Below are positions 9,376-17,924 of a DNA stretch of 50,700 nt, piece by piece. Below the pieces are notes generated by a model. That model saw only the letters and a program-made list of their open reading frames with translations, did no database searches and had not been told where the DNA came from. Made by a program: the position numbers and the translations under genes. Origin of the DNA: an uncultured bacterium (GTDB taxonomy: Bacteria > Actinomycetota > Acidimicrobiia > Acidimicrobiales > SHLQ01); NCBI GenBank assembly GCA_965524675.1, contig CBERPN010000002.1:1-50700 (forward strand), read 5' to 3'. How positions within the stretch are numbered: position 1 is the first letter of the stretch; the number at the start of each line of letters is the position of its first letter.

Positions 9376-9658
9376 CTATTGCTTTTTCTCCGCCTTCGGC
9401 TCCGGCGTTTCACTATGGCTCTTGGCTTTGTGAACTCGCCCTTGCTAGCGCGGCGGGCTACTACAGCGCTTCCGACAGCCAGCACCCCAGCCGGTGCGCT
9501 GCGGCGGCCTCCGTGGCCTGCACGGCCTGCAGTAATCAGGCGCCGCCCACACAACCGGCACGACCCAAACCCGCCCGCGGCGCGGTCACGTACAACACGA
9601 CAGCCTGCACCCTGGCGGGCACCCCAAAGCTCGGAGACCCGAAACAGCGACCGTGAGC
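9376..9658 (-). repeat. interspersed mosaic repeat, copy B (reverse orientation, rearranged: short L, X, extra segment, L, R)
   Basis: 9376-9469 is the reverse complement of the R module 1820-1913. 9497-9535 matches module L in reverse. 9605-9647 matches module X in reverse. It lacks the GTGTCTGACACC hairpin block. Confidence 0.75.
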
Positions 9659-9670
9659 TACCGTCGGTAG

Positions 9671-10429
9671 ATGACATCGCAGTTGGACACTGAGCAGTAT
9701 CTTGCCCGTATTGGGTTTGACTATGACCAAGTAGCGCTCGACCTAGCGACCCTCGAAGCACTACAGCGCTCACATCTAAGTACCGTCCCGTTCGAGAACC
9801 TCGACGTATACCGTGGGCAACCCGTTCGCTGTGACCTCGCGCACTCGGTGCCCAAGGTGGTTGAACGCCGACGCGGGGGCTGGTGCTTTGAGCTAAACGG
9901 TGCATTCTCGGCTCTGCTGACAGAGTTGGGGTTTGAGGTAAGACTTCTGGGCGCCGCGGTTCTATTAGGCGGGCCAAACGCTGTAATCGACCATCTAACT
10001 CTGGAGGTTCAACTCGACGAGCCGTATCTAGTCGACGTTGGTTTCGGCGACAGTTTCATCTCGCCCCTGCGGCTGAACTTCGCCGGAGAGCAGGACGGCG
10101 GATCTGGGACGTTCCAACTAATCGCAAGCTCGCAAGGCACCACGCTCGCCCGGATCGCAGCAGGGGTTCCGGAGGCGCAGTACCGCTTCAAACGCGTCGA
10201 TCGTAAACTCACCGATTTCATAGCGGCGAGCGATGAACTGCAAGCGAATCGCGAGCTGCACTGGAGCCAAAAACCGTTCGCGACACGGCTCATCGATGGC
10301 GGTCCCGATCGGGTAACTCTCTTGAAGGACCGCCTAAAGATCTGCAGAGACGGAGTCGAATCCACCAAAGACATAGAGCCGAAAGACTGGGATAGGACCC
10401 TAAGCGACTGGTTCAAGATCTCTCTGTAA
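9671..10429 (+). CDS. nat: arylamine N-acetyltransferase (NAT family)
   Basis: YLARIGF...LEALQRSHLSTVPFENLDVY is present. The catalytic Cys lies in RRGGWCFELNG, the His in VIDHLTL and the Asp in VDVGFGD. Confidence 0.85.
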   Translation: MTSQLDTEQYLARIGFDYDQVALDLATLEALQRSHLSTVPFENLDVYRGQPVRCDLAHSVPKVVERRRGGWCFELNGAFSALLTELGFEVRLLGAAVLLGGPNAVIDHLTLEVQLDEPYLVDVGFGDSFISPLRLNFAGEQDGGSGTFQLIASSQGTTLARIAAGVPEAQYRFKRVDRKLTDFIAASDELQANRELHWSQKPFATRLIDGGPDRVTLLKDRLKICRDGVESTKDIEPKDWDRTLSDWFKISL

Positions 10430-10437
10430 CCTCACTC

Positions 10438-10804
10438 CGTGCAGGCCGTTCGGGTCACGGAGGCCGCCGCAGCGCACCTGACCAGCGCTGGCCGTCGTAT
10501 CCCTGTACTTGTTTCGGGTCTCCGGGCTTTCGGCGTGCCCGTGAGGGCGTAGAGTATGGTGTTGTGCGTGGCCGTCTTGGTGGTGATCGGTGTCTGAGAC
10601 GTTCGTTATGCCTGGGCCTGAGTGGATAGCCAGGTTTAAGGGACGTGTCTGACACCTCCCGGTGGGCGGATTAGGGACGTTTGATTAGGGACGTGTCTGA
10701 CACCATTGTTGGTAAGTGACATGGGCTTCGAATGTGCTGTAGCGCGCCAGCCCGGAGCCTGAGCCCGGCGGCCTGCGTGGCCGGGGAACGCGAGCTAGCA
10801 AGCG
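10438..10804 (+). repeat. interspersed mosaic repeat, copy C (modules L, X, long hairpin, duplicated GATTAGGGACGTGTCTGACACC end, partial R)
   Basis: It starts 9 nt after the NAT stop and is colinear with copy A. The hairpin arms are at 10589-10606 and 10639-10656, with a second end copy at 10687-10704. The last ~10 nt overlap the stop region of the convergent gene 10795..12249. Confidence 0.8.
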
Positions 10805-12249
10805 TCGTTGCGGCAGCTCACGAACCAGGAGTCGTCTTCGTAGGCGGTGGTCCAGTCTGGGTCGGCGACGATGCGCTCAGCCAAGGGGCTCTCGGTGCGC
10901 CAGAGCACAACGTCGATGTCCCACTCATCCACTACGCGAATCCAGTTGTCTGTTCCGTGGAATAGATCCAGGTAGGAATCGACTAGTTCTGCCGAGTGAA
11001 GTTCGTAGCGGTCATCGATAAAGGTTGGCACCTCGGCGTCATAGCGAAGCTCGAGATAGTTGCCCACTCGATCAGGATGCGCGATACGAGCAGAGTCAGC
11101 GCCATCGATGATTCCTTCGGTCTTGAGGAAGTCGACTGCCTCGACCGGATAGCCGCGGAAATCCCAGCTGGGTTGAAGCAGGCTTGCGGTGACGATAAAC
11201 ACGATTGCGGCGCCACCGCCGAAGGCGATCATGCTGGTTCGATCGGAGCGATATGAGCTCAACATCGTGCCGGTGTTCGAGAAGCCGTTGGCAATTACGG
11301 GAACAAATACCACCGAGGCCACGGCGATATTGCGAGCTCCGGCGACAGCGGCGGCAAAGAACATCAAGCTAGCAATCGACGATCTGAAGCTGCGGGTTCG
11401 AAATAGCGATGCTAGCGCTACCGCTGCACCTGTCAGAAACAGCTGTGCGGGAAGCGACTGGTAGTTGAGGGGCCGCCATTCGGCGATGTGAGAGAGGATT
11501 TCGCGGCGTTGCAAGAGTGCGATTGGGAACCACAAGAGGCGAAGTCCGAAGGGGTTTGCGATGCCGCCTAGGAGTATCCCCATGCTGAGCCAACCAAGCG
11601 CTCGAAGTTCACGACGTGAGTCCTTGCCGTCGAGTCGAGAGCCCACGGCGAGGGCGCAAAGCACCACGATGCCGAGCGGGAACGACCCATGCACCCAGAT
11701 CCAGAGCAGCCCGGTCGGCGCGAGCAGAGCCGTTGGTAGCTCGCGCTCGACGACCAGGAGGGTGATCGAAAAACACAACAATCCGAGGAGCAGCGGTCGT
11801 TCAGACCACACCATGGTGCCCAGCAGCACAGCTGGCAGAGTGGCGGCGAGGCGGGCGAGGATCGTTTCGCCCTTGCGGCTTAGCTCCCACAACACAGCCG
11901 CGATGGCAGTTGCGATGAGCGCGGTGAACACTCGGAGCGCCACGGCGCCGCCGATCTGGAAGAGAACGGCGTATAAAAGCGAGGCGAACCATGATTGAAC
12001 GACGACGGGCGCATCTGGCGGCGCTGTAAACGTGTATGGGTCGGTCGAGAAGAACCCACCGGATAAGAATAGCCGGCCGGTTTCGAGATGGGTGAGGAAG
12101 CTGTTGTCGCCGAGTCGCTGAAACCCGACTAGCAGTCCGATCGCGGCGACGAAGGTTCCGGCGGCGCGGCTAGCCGTCTGCCCAGTCCTGGGTCCGGGAT
12201 TCGTCGAAGGCTTACTCGGCTGTGTTGGTGCGCTGGTCGTAAGCGACAT
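10795..12249 (-). CDS. polytopic membrane protein with C-terminal extracytoplasmic domain; possible GT-C-fold glycosyltransferase / oligosaccharyltransferase-like; last gene of the tad operon
   Basis: 484 aa with about 10-12 hydrophobic helices. The first loop is acidic (GDNSFLTHLETG...TDPY). A ~130-aa soluble C-terminal domain ends in W..AYEDD. It lies 32 nt downstream of tadC on the same strand. The functional call is inference only. Confidence 0.6.
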   Translation of the reverse strand: MSLTTSAPTQPSKPSTNPGPRTGQTASRAAGTFVAAIGLLVGFQRLGDNSFLTHLETGRLFLSGGFFSTDPYTFTAPPDAPVVVQSWFASLLYAVLFQIGGAVALRVFTALIATAIAAVLWELSRKGETILARLAATLPAVLLGTMVWSERPLLLGLLCFSITLLVVERELPTALLAPTGLLWIWVHGSFPLGIVVLCALAVGSRLDGKDSRRELRALGWLSMGILLGGIANPFGLRLLWFPIALLQRREILSHIAEWRPLNYQSLPAQLFLTGAAVALASLFRTRSFRSSIASLMFFAAAVAGARNIAVASVVFVPVIANGFSNTGTMLSSYRSDRTSMIAFGGGAAIVFIVTASLLQPSWDFRGYPVEAVDFLKTEGIIDGADSARIAHPDRVGNYLELRYDAEVPTFIDDRYELHSAELVDSYLDLFHGTDNWIRVVDEWDIDVVLWRTESPLAERIVADPDWTTAYEDDSWFVSCRNDAC

Positions 12250-12281
12250 CGTGCGTCGTTCTGGGTTTGGCTGTGCAGGGG

Positions 12282-13211
12282 CTAGAAGGCCTTTGAGATG
12301 TTGATCATTGCCGGTCCGAGGATTACAACGAAGATCGATGGGAAGATACAGAACACCATCGGGATAAGCATCTTCACCGGCGCCTTCTGTGCCTTTTCTT
12401 GGGCTACCTGGCGACGCTTGATTCGCATCTCTTCTGCTTGAGCTCGGAGCACTCGACCGATCGATACACCGAAGGTATCGGCTTGGATGATCGCCATGAT
12501 AAAGGATCGAACCTCGGGCACGTTTACCCGCACGTCCATGTTGCGAAGCGCATCCGACCTGGCAGCACCAGCTCGGGTTTCGCCAAGCATGCGAGCGAAT
12601 TCGTCAGAAAGGGCGCCTGGTACGTTCTCGATACAGCGATCGAGCGCTTGCTCGAAGCCGAGTCCGGCCTCTACCGAAATGGTGAGCAGGTCGAGCACAT
12701 CGGGGAGCGTGCTGAGGATCTCGCTTTGTCGCGCTTCCACTCGACGGTTCAGGCTGCTGTCAGGCCCCATCACAAGGACTGCTGTGAGCACTCCGAACAT
12801 GCCAGTTTTCAATAGCCCGCCGAGTCCCAACGGGTTGAGGATCATCACGACGTAAAAGGCGGGAAGAATTCCGAGAATCAACATGACCTTCTTGGCTAGG
12901 AAGCGATCTACAGCTTCTGCCTCAAAGACACCTGCGGAGTGATGCTTGCGTCGCACGGTCTCTATGTAGCCTTGCGGTGTGAAACGCTGGCTGAGGCCGA
13001 GCAGGACACCACCGAGCGGGCCCATCAAGCGAGTTGCGAGTGAATCCTCAAGCCGCTCGTCGGCAAAGTCATCATTCTCGGGATCGTCGAGCTGTCGAAG
13101 CGATTCGCGGACGACCGACTTCTCCTCAGCTTGGCTGAGGAATGCGTAGACGACGAGAGCGAAGGCGAATCCGACTGCGCTCACCGCTAGTTCTGGTGGG
13201 AAGTTTTCCAT
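12282..13211 (-). CDS. tadC: Flp pilus assembly platform protein TadC (T2SSF domain)
   Basis: 309 aa. The T2SSF-type core is LPDVLDLLTISVEAGLGFEQAL...VRSFIMAIIQADTFG, flanked by TM helices. Confidence 0.85.
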   Translation of the reverse strand: MENFPPELAVSAVGFAFALVVYAFLSQAEEKSVVRESLRQLDDPENDDFADERLEDSLATRLMGPLGGVLLGLSQRFTPQGYIETVRRKHHSAGVFEAEAVDRFLAKKVMLILGILPAFYVVMILNPLGLGGLLKTGMFGVLTAVLVMGPDSSLNRRVEARQSEILSTLPDVLDLLTISVEAGLGFEQALDRCIENVPGALSDEFARMLGETRAGAARSDALRNMDVRVNVPEVRSFIMAIIQADTFGVSIGRVLRAQAEEMRIKRRQVAQEKAQKAPVKMLIPMVFCIFPSIFVVILGPAMINISKAF

Positions 13212-13227
13212 GCTGGTTCTCCAAAGC

Positions 13228-15249
13228 TCAGATCTTGATCTCGATCGTCTTCTTCATCCATAAGAAGCCGATGACCGATGCGGTAGTTGCGACGGCAAGC
13301 AGGATCTTGCCGACGGTCTCAGTGAATAGCACCCCGATGTATGCGGGGTTAAGAACCCACATTGTGAGTCCGAGTAGAATCGGCATCGCACCTAGTACTA
13401 GGGCGCTGACTCGACCTTCTGCAGTGAGTGCTAGAACCTCCCTGCGGAGGCGGTCGCGGGCGGTCATGGTCTCGGAGACGGTCAGCAGAAGCTCGGCCAG
13501 GTTACCGCCGACCTCGCGCTGAATGTTCACTGCCATGACAGCCCAAGCGAAGTCGGGGCTTTCCATACGTTCGGCAGCGGCCTCCATCGCCTCTTCGACC
13601 GGCTTACCAAGTTGAGCTTCGGTAACCACGATTCGCAGTTCGTCACCCATGGGAGATTCGGCCTCGTGCGATACCGCTTCGATGCCTTGCATGAACGAGT
13701 AGCCAGCTTTGAGTGTTCCGGCCAAAAGTTGCAACATGTCGGGTAGCTGGCTGACGAACTTCTTTCGACGCCTAGCACCGAGGTAGTTCAGTATTACGAC
13801 CGGCAGAACGGCTCCGAGGAACGCGCCGGCGATGATGCCGATAAGACCCTTGCCAGACAGAATGCCTAACACCATGCCGAACGCAATTGCTGCGAAGTAC
13901 ATGGTGACGGCCTCGGCCGGACGCAGAGCGATGTTGGCTTTGTCCAGTTTCGCAGCGGCCTTTTCGAGCAGACCACGTTTTTCTGCGAAGTCCTCTGTGA
14001 AGTCGACGGCCTTCGTGACGAAGGCGCTCGAAGCGAATCCACTCTCGTCTAGGTCCTCTTCGCCGCCTAGGCCTTCCTCGTAGGGGAGGAGCAACGAGCC
14101 GAGGCTCGATTCGCGACGTTGAAATAGCAGGAAGATCGCGAAGGTTCCTACGGCGATCGAGAGTCCGCCGAGGAGGATTCCCAACAGCTGGGCGGTGTTG
14201 CCCGTGATGAGAGCAAAGCGGTTCGCATCGGGTAGCGCTACCGGCGCTAGTGCCGGGCCAGCGGTAACCGAACCCTTGATGAAGTTTGCGTTGATGGTCT
14301 CGCCGTCGACGGTAATCGACATGCGCCCACCCAAGGCGGTCTCGCCGCTCTCGAAGTCGACAATCCAGGTCCCATGTACTTGGTTTTGGAGTGCCTCGCT
14401 TGCGTCTCTGGCTACTCTGTCGGGTTCGCCGACGAGGGTGATGGCGCCCTTTGACTCCGAGGCGAAGCGTCGCAGCGCGCCGACATCAAGGCCGTCGCGT
14501 TCTACGCCGACGGCGTAACCGGTGCCAGCGATCGACAGCATTTCGCCGCGAGCCGCAGCGGCCTGGGTGAACGAGCTTAGGTCTCTGGTGGCGGCGAGGA
14601 CTACGACGTTGCGAATGCTGCCGCGTGGCGTTGCGGACAGCAGCTGAGCCGCTTGGTCTATTCCGTCCCAAAGAAACAGGTTTCCCTTGGCTTCAAGGCC
14701 GTCTATGCGCGAGAGCAATCGAGTCTGATTAGCGGTAAGAGCAGCTCGAACGTTAACTGCGCTGCCAACCGATACGATCGCTACCTTTTCGCGGGCGCCC
14801 TTGGTCTTCACCAGGTCAGCGGCGATCTCTCTGAAGCCTTCGAAGGCGGGATCGCCTAGCACTGAGGTGTCGATCACGATGATGGTCGAAACCGCAACGT
14901 TGGTGTCGGCGGCGCGGCGGACGATTACGTTCTCGGCCGGTTTGCCATTGACTGTGAGCGATACCTCGGGCGGTGTGCTCGATGCCTGATTGATGACCAA
15001 TCGGCTGTCTTGTCGGGCATCGACCATTGCGAGGGTCGCGGTTGGACGCGCTTCGCCATCAGCGTCTTGAGCGCGTGCGACCGGTGCGACCAAGAAGAGC
15101 ACAATCGCCGTGACGATGAAAAAGACCAGCGATTGTTGCCAGAAGCTGTTTGTGGGTACTGGTGCAACCGTTGCCGTCACCTTGGGGGAGGTAATGCGGC
15201 CGCGCCGCTCGTTCCCGACCGGTCGGCTCTGATTTGTTGACTGAGACAT
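13228..15249 (-). CDS. tadB: fusion protein: signal-anchored extracytoplasmic vWA-like domain + TadB-type T2SSF platform domain
   Basis: 673 aa. The N-terminal TM helix is followed by ARA/QD. The vWA-like fold (VSTIIVIDTSVLG, KVAIVSVGSAVNV, IDGLEAKGN..LWDGI, NVVVLAATRD) has a degenerate MIDAS. A further TM helix follows, then the T2SSF core LPDMLQLLAGTLKAGYSFMQGI...AVMAVNIQREVGGN. Confidence 0.85.
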   Translation of the reverse strand: MSQSTNQSRPVGNERRGRITSPKVTATVAPVPTNSFWQQSLVFFIVTAIVLFLVAPVARAQDADGEARPTATLAMVDARQDSRLVINQASSTPPEVSLTVNGKPAENVIVRRAADTNVAVSTIIVIDTSVLGDPAFEGFREIAADLVKTKGAREKVAIVSVGSAVNVRAALTANQTRLLSRIDGLEAKGNLFLWDGIDQAAQLLSATPRGSIRNVVVLAATRDLSSFTQAAAARGEMLSIAGTGYAVGVERDGLDVGALRRFASESKGAITLVGEPDRVARDASEALQNQVHGTWIVDFESGETALGGRMSITVDGETINANFIKGSVTAGPALAPVALPDANRFALITGNTAQLLGILLGGLSIAVGTFAIFLLFQRRESSLGSLLLPYEEGLGGEEDLDESGFASSAFVTKAVDFTEDFAEKRGLLEKAAAKLDKANIALRPAEAVTMYFAAIAFGMVLGILSGKGLIGIIAGAFLGAVLPVVILNYLGARRRKKFVSQLPDMLQLLAGTLKAGYSFMQGIEAVSHEAESPMGDELRIVVTEAQLGKPVEEAMEAAAERMESPDFAWAVMAVNIQREVGGNLAELLLTVSETMTARDRLRREVLALTAEGRVSALVLGAMPILLGLTMWVLNPAYIGVLFTETVGKILLAVATTASVIGFLWMKKTIEIKI

Positions 15250-15251
15250 GC

Positions 15252-16628
15252 TTATCGTCCTCGAGCGGGTCGGCGGGGGCCATCTGGTTGGAAGACCTCT
15301 GGGCCGAGACGGATACCTTGATCGGCTAGCTTCTCTGCGAACTTCGGACGAACTCCAACCGGTTTGAGAGAGCCTTTGTATCGGCCCGCTTCGTCGACGC
15401 CAGCGCCGAAGTCGAATAGGAAGATGTCCTGAAGGGTGATGATGTCACCTTCCATGCCTTGCACCTCAGAGATGTAGGTGACCTTTCGAGAACCGTCACG
15501 CATGCGGCTGCACTGCACTACCAGGTCTATGGCCGAGGACATCTGTTGGCGGATGGCCGTAATCGGGAGGTCATATCCGGCCATCATCACAAGCGTCTCA
15601 AGACGAGCGAGGCTGTCCCGAGGTGTGTTGGCGTGAACTGTTGTAAGCGAGCCATCGTGGCCTGTGTTCATGGCCTGGAGCATGTCGAGTGCTTCTCCGG
15701 CACGACACTCACCAACAACGATTCGGTCGGGGCGCATACGCAGCGAGTTCTTCACTAGATCTCGAATCGAGATAGCGCCCTTACCTTCGATGTTTGGCGG
15801 ACGAGACTCCAGCGAAAGCACATGGTCTTGGTGCATCTGGAGCTCTTTGGCATCTTCGATGGTGACGATTCGTTCGCCGTCGGGAATGAAGGACGACAGC
15901 ACGTTCAGCGTTGTGGTCTTACCGGTACCGGTACCACCGGCAACTACGACGTTTAGTTTGCCGACGATGCAGGCCTGCAAGAACCGGGCGGCCTGAGCGT
16001 TGAGCGTGCCGAATCGGATGAGGTCATCGATCTGAAGTGGATCGGCCTTGAACTTACGGATGGTAAGAAACGGGCCACCGATTGACAGTGGAGCGATCAC
16101 CGCGTTCACACGGGAGCCGTCGGGAAGACGCGCATCGCAGAGCGGGTTCGACTCGTCGATACGTCGACCGACCTGGGCCACTATCTTGTCGATGATGCGA
16201 CGAAGGTGCATGTCGTCGACGAAGGTGACGTCGGAGAGGCTGAGCTTTCCACCCTTTTCTATGAAAACCTGGTCGGGGCCATTGCACATGATTTCTGAGC
16301 AATCGTCATCGGCGAGCAGTTGTTCGATCGGGCCGTAGCCCAAGATATCGTCAGCGACGTCCTGAATCAGTTGAGCCTTGTCGGCGGCCGACAGCGGAGC
16401 CCGTTCTGCCGCGAGTGCGGCGTGGAGCTGTTCGTGTACCTTCTTGCGAAGATCCTCGGGTGCTAGACGGTTGTCATAGAGAATCGGACCAAGATCATCG
16501 ATCAATACGTGGTGAATTTTGTGCCGAAGTTCGTCTAGAACAGGGTCGCGTCCCGACTTGCTACCCGACAATGTTGGGTCGCCCTCTTCGCCACCTTGGG
16601 CCTGATGAAGTCGCTGGTACAGAGACAT
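15252..16628 (-). CDS. tadA: Tad/Flp pilus secretion ATPase (TadA/CpaF family)
   Basis: 458 aa. Walker A is VVAGGTGTGKTTTLN. The Asp box/Walker B is RIVTIEDAKEL...RMRPDRIVVGECR, and the His box is GHDGSLTTVHAN. Confidence 0.93.
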   Translation of the reverse strand: MSLYQRLHQAQGGEEGDPTLSGSKSGRDPVLDELRHKIHHVLIDDLGPILYDNRLAPEDLRKKVHEQLHAALAAERAPLSAADKAQLIQDVADDILGYGPIEQLLADDDCSEIMCNGPDQVFIEKGGKLSLSDVTFVDDMHLRRIIDKIVAQVGRRIDESNPLCDARLPDGSRVNAVIAPLSIGGPFLTIRKFKADPLQIDDLIRFGTLNAQAARFLQACIVGKLNVVVAGGTGTGKTTTLNVLSSFIPDGERIVTIEDAKELQMHQDHVLSLESRPPNIEGKGAISIRDLVKNSLRMRPDRIVVGECRAGEALDMLQAMNTGHDGSLTTVHANTPRDSLARLETLVMMAGYDLPITAIRQQMSSAIDLVVQCSRMRDGSRKVTYISEVQGMEGDIITLQDIFLFDFGAGVDEAGRYKGSLKPVGVRPKFAEKLADQGIRLGPEVFQPDGPRRPARGR

Positions 16629-16647
16629 TTAAAGGTCAGCTCTCTAA

Positions 16648-17919
16648 CTATTTCCGCTTGCGGTTTCCTTCGACAGCGATGAATTCGCTGGCGAGTTGTT
16701 CGAGGGCACGGGCGACACCACTGCGAGGCGATGCATGCACGACGGGGATACCCTTATTGATCGACTGCGGTACGACTACATCGCTGGGAAGCAACGAGTC
16801 GGCAGTCACCTGAAGAGTGCGCTCGACTTCGCTAACGTCGAGTTTCACCTTCGAGTTTGCTCTGTTCAGCACCAGACGGATTTTCTCCATCGGGGTGTTG
16901 AGCAGGCGCAAGGTCTGTAGACCGATCTTGACGTTCTTGATATTGGGAATATCCATGCCGGCGATAAGTAGTACATCGTCGCTCATCTCGATCATGCCGA
17001 GCACTACGTCGTTGAAGTATGCCGGAGTATCGATAACTACGTGTGAGCAAAAGTTGCGCAACGTATCGACGATCTGAACCATCTCTGGTCCACCGATTTG
17101 ATCCGCGAATGCAGGCTCGAGAGGGGCGGGCATGACCAGCAGTCCCGAAGGTTCATGCACGGTCAATAGACTGCGAAGCATCGCTTCATCGAGTCGATCG
17201 ATGTTTGCGACCGCGTCAACCAAGGTGTGTGCAGGAGCCAGCTTGAGCATCACGGCGACATCGCCGAATTGAAGGTCAGCGTCGATAAGACATACCGGCC
17301 GGTCACTGCGCTGGGCAAGAATTACTGCCATGTTTGTGGCGAGCATCGATTTGCCGGCTCCACCCTTGGTGGAGAAGATGGTGATAACACGTCCGGTCTC
17401 ACCCGTGCTGAATTCGTCGAACATTTCCTCGGAGCTACCGGGGGTCTGCGTCGATGGTCTTGCTGGGGTGAGGTCGACGGCTACTCGTCCAACCGCTTCG
17501 AGCAACTGAGCGTTGTCGATCGGGGCGGCGAGAACGTCTCGAACACCTGAGCGAAGGGCCTGCTGGAGAAGTGAGGTCGAAAGCTCTTGGGCGATGAGAA
17601 TTGTGCCTAGCTCCTGGTGGGAGCGCAGCAGTTGCGCCGCAGAGGCTAGCGTCGCGTCATCCGAGCAACTCGGGCCGAGCACTGCGACTACCGGAGAACC
17701 GGTGAGCCGAGCTGACAACTCGTGCAAAGAGCTAAACGTGGCTACTGATTCACCGAGCTGCTGGGCAATCTCGGCCTGGGCAACTCCGTCGGCGTCGACG
17801 ACCACCACAGCTACCCCATCGGGTAGAAATGATGTCGAGGACTCCGACGAAGGCGCTGGTTCTTCTGAGCCGAAGGGCTCATCGAACCAGTTTGCGTCGT
17901 CTTCGAAGAACGAGGACAC
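16648..17919 (-). CDS. tadZ: TadZ/CpaE-type pilus localisation ATPase (atypical receiver-like N-domain + MinD/ParA ATPase)
   Basis: The deviant Walker A is IFSTKGGAGKSMLATNMA. The N-terminal ~150 aa look receiver-like (VVVVDAD...VLAAP). The start is GTG. Confidence 0.85.
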   Translation of the reverse strand: MSSFFEDDANWFDEPFGSEEPAPSSESSTSFLPDGVAVVVVDADGVAQAEIAQQLGESVATFSSLHELSARLTGSPVVAVLGPSCSDDATLASAAQLLRSHQELGTILIAQELSTSLLQQALRSGVRDVLAAPIDNAQLLEAVGRVAVDLTPARPSTQTPGSSEEMFDEFSTGETGRVITIFSTKGGAGKSMLATNMAVILAQRSDRPVCLIDADLQFGDVAVMLKLAPAHTLVDAVANIDRLDEAMLRSLLTVHEPSGLLVMPAPLEPAFADQIGGPEMVQIVDTLRNFCSHVVIDTPAYFNDVVLGMIEMSDDVLLIAGMDIPNIKNVKIGLQTLRLLNTPMEKIRLVLNRANSKVKLDVSEVERTLQVTADSLLPSDVVVPQSINKGIPVVHASPRSGVARALEQLASEFIAVEGNRKRK

Positions 17920-17924
17920 GTTAC

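Noticed and set aside
9318-9977. 219-aa minus-strand ORF spanning repeat copy B and the NAT 5' end. The short ORFs 1463-1726, 1737-1940 and 9379-9693 share peptide strings such as FLRLRLRRF..FVNSPLLARRATTA and LFRVSELW.
   Set aside because: The shared peptides are simply translations of the repeated DNA. Reading frames are not conserved across copies because indels shift the frame. Composition is Arg/Pro/Ala-biased. I treat the modules as non-coding repeats.
1514-10804. Possibility that the repeated blocks form a CRISPR array or rRNA/tRNA fragments.
   Set aside because: There is no regular short-repeat/spacer periodicity. Copies are hundreds of nt long, kilobases apart and in mixed orientation. 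No cas genes are present and there is no resemblance to rRNA or tRNA.
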